Source: Octopus sinensis | Lineage: Eukaryota | Reading direction: 5' to 3' | Assembly: GCF_006345805.1 (NCBI RefSeq) | Contig: NW_021836331.1 | Coordinates: 1-24,754 of the forward strand | Length of the DNA stretch: 24,754 nucleotides | In this document: positions 1 to 10,097 of the stretch, in pieces | How positions within the stretch are numbered: position 1 is the first letter of the stretch | How the letters are laid out: each line of letters opens with the position of its first letter | The notes under the pieces: generated by a model | Seen by the model: only the letters and a program-made list of their open reading frames with translations | Database searches by the model: none | Told to the model about the DNA's origin: nothing | Translations under genes and position numbers: made by a program

Positions 1-206
1 AAGACACTTTTTCACGTTGTTCCAATTTACTCAGCAACAAATATGAATGTACAAGTAATACAAAAGGCCTCTGCGTCAGACTAAATTCCATGACAACTGG
101 TGCACTCAGTGTATTTGGTGCACTCAGCCACGTGCGCGTTGATTTCACAAGCATGCTCTGCACTTGATCCAATCAACGGGAATCCTGGTCGTCGTAATTG
201 ACGGAG
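1..206 (+). mobile_element. 3' part of a diverged tRNA-derived SINE (family S1, same as 812-1137), cut by the window edge
   Basis: Aligns by eye to the body and tail of 812-1137: aagacactt..ttcacgtt, ctcagcca..tgc.cgtt.atttcac.agc, gtcgtcgtaa..gacggag. Confidence 0.7.
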
Positions 207-213
207 AACCACA

Positions 214-254
<41 letters not shown>

Positions 255-256
<2 letters not shown>

Positions 257-675
257 CGCAGGAGTGGCTGTGTGGTAAGTAGCTTGTTTACCAACCACAT
301 GGTTCCGGGTTCAGTCCCACTGCGTGGCACCTTGGGCAAAGTGTCTCCTACTATAGCCTCGGGCTGACCAAACCCTTGTGAGTGGATTTGGTAGACGGAA
401 ACGGAAAGAAGCCCGTCGTATATATGTATATATATATATATATATATATGCGTGTGTGTGTTTGTGCGTCTGTGTTTGTACCCCTAGCATTGCTTGACAA
501 CCGATGCTGGGGTGTTTATGTCCCCGTCACTTAGCGGTTCGGTAACAGAGACCGATAGAATAAGTAGTAGGCTTACAAAAGAATAAGTCCCGGGGTCGAG
601 TTGCTCGATTAAAGGTGGTGCTCCAGCATGGCCGCAGTCAAATGACTGAAACAAGTAAAAGAGAGAGTAAAAGAG
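255..675 (+). mobile_element. tRNA-derived SINE (family S2) with an internal (AT/GT)n tract, inserted in (TA)n
   Basis: A-box-like gtggctgtgtgg and B-box-like ggttcagtccc, then ccttgggcaa core, gtagacggaaac.gaaagaagcccgtcgta, and a 3' tail ggtgctccagcatggccgcagtcaaatgactgaaacaagtaaaaga. Related copies lie at 2095-2207 and 10495-10843 on the minus strand. Confidence 0.8.
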
Positions 676-811
676 TATATATATATACTATATATGTACA
701 TATATATTCACAGGTAGACAAATGGAAAGGCACTGACATGCACACATATTTTCATGTCTATGAAGGCTGGATCTGTATGTCGATATTCCATTGTCCTGTA
801 TTGTGTGAATC

Positions 812-1137
812 GTGAGGGCGCGTGGCTTAGTGGTTAGGGCATTCGGCTCATGATCGTAAGGTTGTGAGTTCGATTCCCGGCGACGCGTTGTGTCCTTGAG
901 CAAGACACTTTATTTCACGTTGCTCCAGTCCACTCAGCTGGCAAAAATGAGTTGTACTTGTATTTCAAAGGGTCAGCCTTGTCACTCTCTGTGTCACGCT
1001 GATTATCTCCGAGAACTACGTTAAGGGTACACGTGTCTGTGGAATGCTCAGCCATTTGCACGTTAATTTCACGAGCAAGCTGTTCCGTTGATCGTATCAG
1101 CTGGGACCCTCGTCGTCGTAACCGGCGGAGTCTTTTT
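812..1137 (+). mobile_element. Full-length tRNA-derived SINE (family S1) with a 13-bp target-site duplication
   Basis: A box TGGCTTAGTGG and B box GAGTTCGATTCC. Near-colinear with 3352-3670. TATTGTGTGAATC occurs at both 799-811 and 1138-1150. Confidence 0.9.
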
Positions 1138-1419
1138 TATTGTGTGAATCTCTCTTTAATTACAACTTTTTAAAATATATTTTTAATTGTAAGACTCTAT
1201 CGTAAATGGCTTCAATTTTTTTTCTCCTGATTAACTTCCGGTCGGATCGTCTTTCATTTCAAATTAATGCAATTTGCTATTTTTTCAAATACCGTTTTGC
1301 CAGTATTCTCCATTTCCCTTTTCTTTCTTTTTCTTTCTTTTTTAAACTTCGTTTTAACCCTGGATTTTAATTCGTTAGACGTTTGTAATGGAAATCAATG
1401 AATATTTCTCTTTCTGCAA

Positions 1420-1732
<313 letters not shown>

Positions 1733-2094
1733 AACGACCTATATGTATGTTTCATATTTATAGGTGTATGTATATATATATGTGTGTGTATCTATATATA
1801 TGTATATATGTGTGCATATATATATCTATATGTGGTTGTGTGTATATATGTATATATATATGTGTGTGTGTGATTATTCTAATATATTTTTTTAAATTAT
1901 AATCAACATGGCTAATTATATTTCGTTTCTTGTTTGTTTCAAGTGTAATGGTATTTTATTACCGAATTTGTGTGCTTATATGCGTGTAGGTCCATCTATA
2001 TATTTTAATGCAGTAATATGTACGCTCGCGTTTAAGTGCGTGTGGCGGGAAATGGAGTTTAGTGCCAGTGTGTGTACATAACAACATCGAACAT

Positions 2095-2207
2095 TATTTA
2101 GTTGTCAAGTGGTAAAGGAGGACACATAAACTCGAACACCCACACACAGGCACAAACACATATTCAACGGGCTTCTTTCAGTTTCTTTACACCAAATCCA
2201 CTCGCAA
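2095..2207 (-). mobile_element. Fragment of family S2 SINE
   Basis: gttgtcaag...acgggcttctttcagtttc..accaaatccactc.caag is the reverse complement of 375-420 and about 490-500. Confidence 0.7.
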
Positions 2208-2479
2208 GCATTCTAGTACTACCTGAAGTAAAACCAAATGGATTGGTTTCGAATACGGGATTTTTATTTTATTTCTGTAATTGAATTTATTGGGTTTGGA
2301 AATATCTGTAGGCAGGAATTTCTCTGCATGACTTTGAATGTCTTTGAAAACAAAACGTTTGTACGTCAATTTTTTCTATTTTCTTCATTTTGTCATTCAT
2401 ACACACACACACACACACACATACACACACACACACACACACTCACACACACACACACACCACACACACACTTATTTTC

Positions 2480-2591
2480 TAAAAGCACCAGAAATATCAT
2501 TCTAATAGTAATATCATTCTAACAAAACTGTCCGACGAACGGAAACGTGAAACTCTGAGTAACAGTTTTTATGATATTTCTGGTGCTTTTA
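2480..2591 (+). ncRNA. Type I hammerhead ribozyme-like motif (U4C variant) with an extended stem I
   Basis: Stem I aaaactgt(2524-31)/acagtttt(2562-69). Core CCGACGA (2532-38). Stem II acg-GAAA-cgt. GAAA at 2549-52. Stem III actc-t-gagt. Cleavage triplet GUA (2559-61). A perfect 21-bp outer inverted repeat pairs 2480-2500 with 2571-2591. AATAAA follows at 2591-96. Confidence 0.8.
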
Positions 2592-2686
2592 ATAAAGCAT
2601 ATTACTCTACCTCTGGTATTTGAGTACCTTTTTCCACCTGTTTTACGTTTATGTTCTTTAATATATTATTATATATATATATATAG

Positions 2687-2731
<45 letters not shown>

Positions 2732-2984
2732 TATATATCTATATATATATATATATATATATATATAGGCGAGAGAGAGAGAGAAAGAGAGAGAGAGATG
2801 TAATATTTATAACCACTTCAAAATTGCTGTTCCGTAGAAACCGACGTACTACTGTGTTTAATCCCATAAGTCTACCACCTCCAGCTGGATATCGATGCAA
2901 TGTATATATATATAAATAATATATATATATATATCCGATATATATGGCAAGCAGGGGAGTGAACTCTCACTACCTTCTACCGGC

Positions 2985-3049
2985 GACGGGACCACTAGAC
3001 CGTCCAGTTTCGACCTATTTGTGCTCATTTTCAGTGGTGGACACCCGTC
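2985..3049 (-). ncRNA. Type I hammerhead ribozyme-like motif (G8A variant, degenerate)
   Basis: The minus strand reads gacggg-tgt-ccacca CUGAAAA u gagc-acaaaua-gguc GAAA c-uggacg-GUC tagtgg-t-cccgtc. Stem I has 6+6 bp with an internal loop, and the cleavage triplet is GUC. Confidence 0.65.
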
Positions 3050-3351
3050 TGCTAGAGATAGCAGTAGATTGCTCCAGCTCGCAATATATATAAAAGTGAA
3101 CGACAACCGGTCACTGAACATGCAGCAAGCAAAATAGCCAGTTAGAAAATCTCCAACAGTTAGAAATCGATGCAATCAGTACCCGATATATTGCATGCAG
3201 GGAAGCGAACCCTCAACTTCTCCCATGCTTCCCAGCATCGGCAACAAGTTGTTGGAGGCGCCCTCATGGAGTTTAAAACGGCATTAACGTATGTTCGTAC
3301 GAAACAGCCATGTTACTAATTTCATCTCTTATAGAAATTTTCTAACTCCTT

Positions 3352-3670
3352 ACACGTGGTTTAGTGGTTAGGGCATTCGGATCACGATTGTAAGGTCGTG
3401 AGCTCAATTCCCGGAGACGCGTTGTATCCTTGAGCAAAACACTTTATTTTACTTTGCTCCAGTCCACTCCGCTGACAAAAATGAGTTGTACCTGTATTTC
3501 AAAGAGCCGGCCTTGTCACACTCTGTGTCTCGCTGAATCTCCCTGAGAACTAAGTTAGGGGTACACGTGTCTGTGGATTGTTCAGTCACTTGCACGTTAA
3601 TTTCACGAGCAAGCTGTTCCGTTGATCGTATCAGCTGGGACCCTCGTCGTCGTAACCGACGGAGTGCTCC
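3352..3670 (+). mobile_element. tRNA-derived SINE (family S1)
   Basis: Colinear with 812-1137 along its whole length (gtggtttagtggttagggcattcgg ... cgtcgtcgtaaccgacggagt). A possible short TSD ctcctt lies at 3346-51 and 3667-72. Confidence 0.9.
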
Positions 3671-3714
3671 TTTATATATATATATGTGTGTGTGTGGTGT
3701 ATATAGGGAGAATT

Positions 3715-3870
3715 CACGAAAAAACTAAAGACGAAGAAAAGTGGTGTAGACAACAAACAGATGTATTAGTATAACGCTTTAACGTTTCGAGCCTACGCTC
3801 TTCCGTAGAAAGGAACACTGAAAGAAACAAGGAAAGAAAATAAAAAATGTGTAGTGGCTAGCGATCTATC
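3715..3870 (-). mobile_element. Probable Penelope-like element terminal-repeat remnant carrying a minimal, degenerate hammerhead (3777-3812)
   Basis: The minus strand reads cttt-CUACGGAA-gagc(gtag)gctc-GAAAC-GUU-aaag, with the palindromic ACGT stem III typical of PLE minimal hammerheads. The CUGANGA box is degenerate and the PLE assignment is an inference. Confidence 0.45.
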
Positions 3871-4609
3871 ATGGCAAATGCCGGACAGAAGGGTCACACA
3901 CGTGAGCTAGGAAGAAGGGCAGATAATAAAGTAGTGGTGATCCCAAAACAAAGTTGCGCGTGCGTGTGTATAAGAGAAATTGTATGTGTGTGTGGAAGAG
4001 GGCTGGTGATCTTGACGTGCGCGTGTGTGTATGTGTAGGTGTGAAAATGTGGGGCTGGGAAGTGGTCAGTGCTATTGTGTTCGTGGAGGTGTGATGTGAT
4101 GTGTTGTGTGGTATGGTGGTGTAGTGTGATGCTATTGGGTGTTGGGGGAGGCGAGGGTGGGGAAAACAAGGGTGAGGTGTGAGTTAGGCTGAGGGTAGGG
4201 CTAGAGGTGGAGTATGTGGGTAGGCAGAGGGTGGGGTTAGAGGTGGGGCATGTGGTAGTCGGCGGGCGCTTTCGTCTTCTCCCATCACCATCTTCATTCC
4301 ATCACAGTCATTCATTAATGTCTATGTCCAGCCCGTAGCTACTATCTGTGTACTGCCCTTGTGGCAAATTAAATAAAATAATGTGGTAGTGGGTGTGAGG
4401 GATGGGAAGGATAGGGATGGTGCGGTTGGAATGTGTAGGGGTGGGGTGGGCTTACAAGGAAGGGGTGACATTGAAGTGGAGGAGAAGGGGGGTTAGGAGT
4501 GAAGAGAAGAGCGAAGGAGAGTAGAAGTGAAGAGAAGAAGTAGGAGTCGGAGCAAGAGAGGAGATGTAGGTGGGAGAATATATATATATAGAGAGAGATA
4601 GATAGAAAA

Positions 4610-4612
<3 letters not shown>

Positions 4613-4698
<86 letters not shown>

Positions 4699-4703
4699 CG
4701 GAC

Positions 4704-4788
<85 letters not shown>
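4613..4788. repeat. (GATA)n microsatellite
   Basis: Direct reading; it explains ORFs 4452..4892 and 4493..4930. Confidence 0.95.
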
Positions 4789-4789
<1 letters not shown>

Positions 4790-4849
4790 GTACACGATGG
4801 ACACTCCCGTCGAAGACAACGTATGAGCGTTCAGCTTTTGCCGAACGAT

Positions 4850-5025
4850 GTACACAAATGATTTGTTTCCAGTGATCGAATGTGCTGTACATTCATTCAG
4901 TCCCACCAGATCGAAGTTGACTGAGAGCAAGTGTACGGAATATCACGCACTTGGTGTGGAAGTGATCGCAGAGCAACGTGGGGTGAAGTGTTTTGCTCAA
5001 GAACACAATGTCCCACCGCTAGGCC
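4850..5025 (-). mobile_element. SINE fragment with a partly deleted head (family S5-like)
   Basis: gagcaacgtggggtgaagtgttttgctcaagaacacaa is the reverse complement of the core in 7800-7920 and 5159-5194. Confidence 0.65.
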
Positions 5026-5076
5026 ATACATATATGTACATATGTATGTGTGTATGTATGCATGTATTATGTATGT

Positions 5077-5418
5077 GAAGGCGCGTGGCTCAGTGGTTAG
5101 AGCGTCGAGCTTACGATCGTGAGGTTGTGAGCTCGAATTTCAGACCGGGCTGCGTGTAGTGTTCTTGAGCAAGACGCTTTATTTCACGTTGCTCCAGTTC
5201 ACTCAGCTGTAGAAATGAGTTGCGACGTCACAGGAGCCAAGCTGTACCGGTCCTTGTCTTTCCCTTGGATAACACTGGTGGCGTGAAGAGGGGAGGCTGG
5301 TATGCATGGACGACTGCTGGTCTTCCATAAAACAAATTTGCCCAGACTTGTGCCTCAGAGGGTAACTCTCTAGGTGCAAGCCCATGGTCAGTGTCTGACC
5401 GAAGGGGGTCACAATCAC
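5077..5418 (+). mobile_element. tRNA-derived SINE (family S4: S1-type head and core, different 3' half)
   Basis: A box TGGCTCAGTGG and B-box-like gagctcgaatt. The core gttcttgagcaagacgctttatttcacgttgctccag is shared with S1. A candidate 11-bp TSD ATTATGTATGT lies at 5066-76 and 5419-29, within simple repeat. Confidence 0.8.
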
Positions 5419-5420
5419 AT

Positions 5421-5877
5421 TATGTATGTATGTATGTATGTATGTATGTATGTATGTATGTATGTATGTATGTATGTATGTATGCATGTATGTATGTATG
5501 TATGTATGTATGTATGTATGTATGCATGTATGTATATATGTATGTATGTATGTATCCATGCATGTATGTATGTATGTATGTATGTATGTATGGATGTATG
5601 TATGTATGCATGCATGCATGTATGTATGTAGTATGTAGTATGCATGTATATATGTATGTATGTAGGTATGTATGCATGATGTATGTATGTAGTATGATAT
5701 ATGTATGTATGTATGTATGCATGCATGTATGTATGTATGTATGTATGTATGCATGCATGGCATGTATGTATGTATGTATATGAATGCATGTATGCATGTA
5801 TATATGTATGTATGCATGCATGCATGTATGTATGTATGTATGAATGCATGTATGCATGTATATATGTATGATGTATG

Positions 5878-5909
<32 letters not shown>

Positions 5910-5935
5910 TGTATGTATGTATGTATGTGTGTATG
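5421..5935. repeat. (ATGT)n microsatellite with ATGC variants
   Basis: Direct reading; it explains the MYVC/HTYI ORFs. Confidence 0.95.
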
Positions 5936-6174
5936 CAGATTCATTTAACATCCATTACATGTGTTGCATACTGAGACGACGGTAGCCGAAAAAGGAAAAA
6001 CCATCAGTGAAATATTCATGCTGGAATGAAGATATTGGCCAGCATTGCTGGCAGGATTACTGAGGGCTTGCTTCAAGAGGCAAACATAGTTATCACATAT
6101 GCGCAGAAGTGTGCAGATTATTTGTGGGACTGAAAATATCTATGGCGCGAATTCGAGTTACAGGCGACACCCGC

Positions 6175-6291
6175 ACACACACGCGCGCGCACAAACACTC
6201 AGGCACATTCGCACACACACACACACATGCATATATACATGTATGGAGATTGATAGTGAGATATCGATATCGATAAATATATGTGTGCATG

Positions 6292-6322
<31 letters not shown>

Positions 6323-6386
6323 TTTGTGTTTTTTTGAGCTTTCTTGTTTGGATTAACTTTATATATATATATGTATGTATATATAC

Positions 6387-6423
<37 letters not shown>

Positions 6424-6623
6424 GATATACATATAAATATATATATACATATATACTTACATACATGTATATATATGATATATATATACACACACAAACA
6501 AAAGGTACCTATGTATATATATATATATATATATTTATATATTATATATATATGTATGTATATATGTATATATGTATATATGTATATAAAACACGCTTAT
6601 ATGCGCAACTATGTAAATAAATA

Positions 6624-6655
<32 letters not shown>

Positions 6656-6740
6656 TTGTGCGTATGTGTGTGTGTGTTGTGTGTGTGTGTGTGCGTATGT
6701 ACTAACATACACATACTGCACATACGTATATATGTATACA
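6175..6740. repeat. Mosaic (AT)n/(AC)n/(GT)n microsatellite
   Basis: Direct reading. Confidence 0.9.
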
Positions 6741-7014
6741 TATACATCAATGATCGCATATAGATATCAATGGAAAATAAGATAAGCAGATATATTGGAA
6801 TTTTTGTAAATCTGTGCAAAGACGTGAATGGAAAGTAAATCGATGTTTGAAAATATATTTGTGTTTCTCGATAATGTGAACGGAGTATATCAGTGCACAT
6901 GCACCTAAATATGTTCTTAAAGGTGTATGTATCTACCTTATGTATTCTTGAAAGTACTTTCCGGAGAAATGCGCGTATATGTATAGATTTATTTCATTTA
7001 TTTATGCGCTTTTT

Positions 7015-7253
7015 TCAAGCCTAGCCAGGCTCATGGGCCCGGATTCCCGGTTTCTGTGGGGCATGTGTCCCCCCCCCCCGCTGGGCGGGACGCCAGTCCA
7101 TCTCAAAAAGAGAGAGTGAGAGAAAGCTGGGGAGGAAGAGTACAACAGGGGTCACCACACACTGCTGGAGCCTCGTGGAGCTTTAGGTGTTTTCGCTCAA
7201 TAAACACACACAACGCCGGTCTGGGAATCGAAGCTACGGACTATTGCGCCTCC

Positions 7254-7255
<2 letters not shown>
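7015..7255 (-). mobile_element. SINE (family S5) with an internally deleted head, followed by (AT)n at 7257-7326
   Basis: The reverse complement aligns with 8286-8565: gagcgaaa(a)cacctaa(a)gctc.acg.ggctcc.gca, ctttctctcactct, actggcgt.ccg.cca, ggaa.ccgg...atgagcc. Confidence 0.75.
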
Positions 7256-7330
<75 letters not shown>

Positions 7331-7391
7331 AAGGTACTGAAATGTTCTTTATAAAATTATTTTAGCATTTTCTATTTTGACTTGTTTTTTC

Positions 7392-7478
<87 letters not shown>

Positions 7479-7519
7479 AAAAGATGTAAATAAGCTCTAG
7501 GGTGTTTTCTAATTTCTAA

Positions 7520-7733
7520 AACGCTTTCTAATTTTGGTACAAGGCCGTTTATTTGTTGAAGCGCAAGGCTGGTTGATTCCATTGATACTTGAACTTTATT
7601 GGTAATTTATGTTATTGATCATGGAATGATGAAATGCCAAATTGATCTCAACCAAATTTGAACTCGGCATGCAGAGCCACGGAAGAGATAACACTTGTCA
7701 TTTTTTTCTGATGTTCTAGCGATTCTACCATCT
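7520..7733 (-). mobile_element. Old, diverged family S3 SINE
   Basis: ttttggtacaaggcc, ttattggt, atgaaatgccaaattgatctca..aatttgaactc, ctagcgattctacca match the reverse complement of 8696-8919 and resemble 17355-17561. Confidence 0.55.
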
Positions 7734-7799
7734 CATAGTTTTTCTGGATCGTTACATTATGGGTTCAATATCGCTGAGGTGAGTTTTCATTCTTTTTCT

Positions 7800-7920
7800 G
7801 AAGGTGCATGGACTAGTCGTTAGGCTGTTGCACTCACAATCGCCAGATCGGTGGTTCGATTCCCAGTCCGGGCGGTGTGTTGTGTTCTTGAGCGAAACAC
7901 TTCATTTCACATTGCTCACG
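7800..7920 (+). mobile_element. 3'-truncated tRNA-derived SINE head and core (S5-like)
   Basis: gaaggtgcatggactagtcgttagg..., B box ggttcgattccc, then gttcttgagcgaaacacttcatttcacattgctc. Matches 10098-10345. Confidence 0.7.
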
Positions 7921-8285
7921 TGCTGTTTTGAGTGGGGCAGCAAGTCAAAGAATTGATCCAACGTTTCTTTTGTGTGCTGTAAATGGCGAAGAAAAGAGGT
8001 TATGGCAGGATTTGCACCCCAACCTCGTAAAACCCTCATTGGTATCGACTATTCAAACAGAACCAATGTTTAGAGGGTCGTCGTCTGATTGGCGCAGAAT
8101 TGCCATCCACCAGGAGTAAGGAATCGCCAACAAACGTTCATTGCAGCGATGCACTGTTAGATCGTATACCCCATGTCACTACTACTATTTTCGGTGAAGT
8201 AAAGTGCTAGTCAAGTACTGGATACTAGGACCGTTGGCATAGATTAATTTCCCTCCAGCAAATTTCGGTCCCTGTATCTATGTTA

Positions 8286-8565
8286 GGTGGCGGCACATGG
8301 CCTGGTGGTTAGAACAGTGGACTCACGGTCGAGGGATCGCGGATTCGAATCTCAGACCAGGCGGTGTTTGTTTATGAGCGAAACACCTAAGCTCTACGCG
8401 GCTCCGGCACAAGGTAATGGCAAACTTCTGCTGATTCTTTCACCACAACTTTCTCTCACTCTTTTTTCCTGCATCTAGCAGCTCACTTGCGACGAACTGG
8501 CGTACCGTCCAGGTGGAGAACCTATATGCCAATTAAACTGGGAAACCGGACGTTATGAGCCAGTC
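8286..8565 (+). mobile_element. tRNA-derived SINE (family S5)
   Basis: A box TGGCCTGGTGG and B box gattcgaatc. An inverted homologue lies at 7015-7255. Confidence 0.75.
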
Positions 8566-8695
8566 ATGAATTCGGAAGGAGCGAACAGCAACAATCTATG
8601 TTAGAGAAATTTGTGTGCGTTTGGAGACAGATGGATGAATTAACTTTTGGCATCAAATTGGAGTAATTTAGAATTAATACTATTGGGTAGAAAAA

Positions 8696-8919
8696 GGGTG
8701 GCGAGCAGGCAGAATTGTTTGCACGCCGGAGTATATGCTTAGCGGCATTTCGTTCGTCTTTACGTTCTGAGTTCAAATTTCGCCGAGGTCGACTTTACCT
8801 TTTATCCTTTCGATGTCGATAAATTAAATACCAGTTGGAGACTGGGGTCTATGTAATCGACTACTCCTCACCCCCCAAAAAATTTCAGGCCTTGTGCCTA
8901 TAGTAGAAAAAAGATTATT
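8696..8919 (+). mobile_element. tRNA-derived SINE (family S3) ending in an ATT-type tail
   Basis: ggcgagcaggcagaattg..., B box gagttcaaatt, central gaggtcgacttt.cctt.tatcctttcg..gtcgataaattaa.tacca, and tail ccttgtgcctatagtagaaaaaagattatt. Confidence 0.85.
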
Positions 8920-9048
8920 TGGTATAGATTACGCCCAACTAGACAACTTTGCAAGAGTGAGGCTTGAGCATAGGTATAATATTGTCAGTTATTTGTGTCA
9001 TAAATTAATCCAGTTTGGTTTTTGGTTCGTTGGAAAAATAATTATGAA

Positions 9049-9240
9049 GGTGGAGACCTGGCAGAAACGTAAGCTCGTTGGAAAAAAAATGCAAAGTGGC
9101 GTTTCTTCAGGCTCTTTGCATTTTGAGTTAAAATCCTACCGAGGTTTACTCGGCCTTTTATTCCTTCGAGCTTTATAAAATAAAGTATTAGAGTCAAATA
9201 ACAGAGTCGACATAATCGATTTGCTTCTCTCCTCAACCCT
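9049..9240 (+). mobile_element. Diverged family S3 SINE
   Basis: ctggcagaaacgt.agc..., ttttgagttaaaatcctaccgaggt, ggccttttattccttcgag, gagtcga.ataatcga align to 8696-8870. Confidence 0.6.
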
Positions 9241-10097
9241 CCAATGAACCAGCATCTTGTTCAAGAAAATGTTGTTGCCCCGGCCATTTATACGCCATGG
9301 AAATCGGATAACTAGCGTTATGGGGCTCGAGAGAAAAAGTGTTTATGGCCTTTTGGTCGTTTGGGGATTGGAGAAACAATTTGGAGTCGGATATCTTATC
9401 TGACTCTCTGCGTTCTGATAGTAACGTTTGCGACGACCCTGCTACCATGCTAAATTGATCCAAGTCGACTGCTTTCCCTTGGATACACTTCACATCAGTG
9501 GTATAAAGAAGTACAATCAGTGCGCATGTACATCTGCAAATGTTTGTCTAAGGGTAAATTCCAATCAAAGCCTCAACGTACATGTGCAGATGAAGAATGA
9601 CCAACATTGAGCGATGGCGGCTCTCTGCTAGAGTGCTTTTGATCAAAGTTATCTTTCTTGTACTTAAGTATAACGTTTGTTGAAGTTTGATTCCTGTACT
9701 TCTTTCGAAGATCATATCCAAGGTAATTTTTCTTGCATTCTATTGATTACATTTAAATATTCCACCCGTATTTATTTTTTGGAAGAAGAGATTATAGAGG
9801 TAGATACACATCTGTTATGGTCAAAATGTCTATTTCATATAGATTTTTACATTTATCAGAATGTACGAAAACTTTGTTAGAATTTTCAGTCTTGCTCTAT
9901 TTATCATAATTTTGCCTGGAATCAGCCATAAAATTTTCCATAATAAATATTCTCATTGAATAAGAACATTCCTGCTTTAAGTTATTATTTATCCGAGAAA
10001 GAAGCAAACCATTGGAACGCTTGTTAATTAAACGCTATCCTCATTCTGCTCTCCTTAATTCAGTTTCTGGATTTTTTTGCCTTAGTGTCTTCGCCTC

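Noticed and set aside
2223-2257. ctgaagta-aaaccaa(atgga)ttggttt-c-gaat as a fourth hammerhead
   Set aside because: The 7-bp hairpin is real, but A9, G10.1 and A15.1 are all changed and I can find no stem I or stem III.
3275-3312. cgta-tgttcg-tacg-aaacagcc, resembling a PLE hammerhead 3' half
   Set aside because: No CUGANGA-like box upstream and no stem I.
8894-9178. 94-aa ORF and similar ORFs at 10785..11093 and 2858..3175
   Set aside because: They cross SINE or MITE boundaries and show no recognisable motifs, so they are chance open frames.
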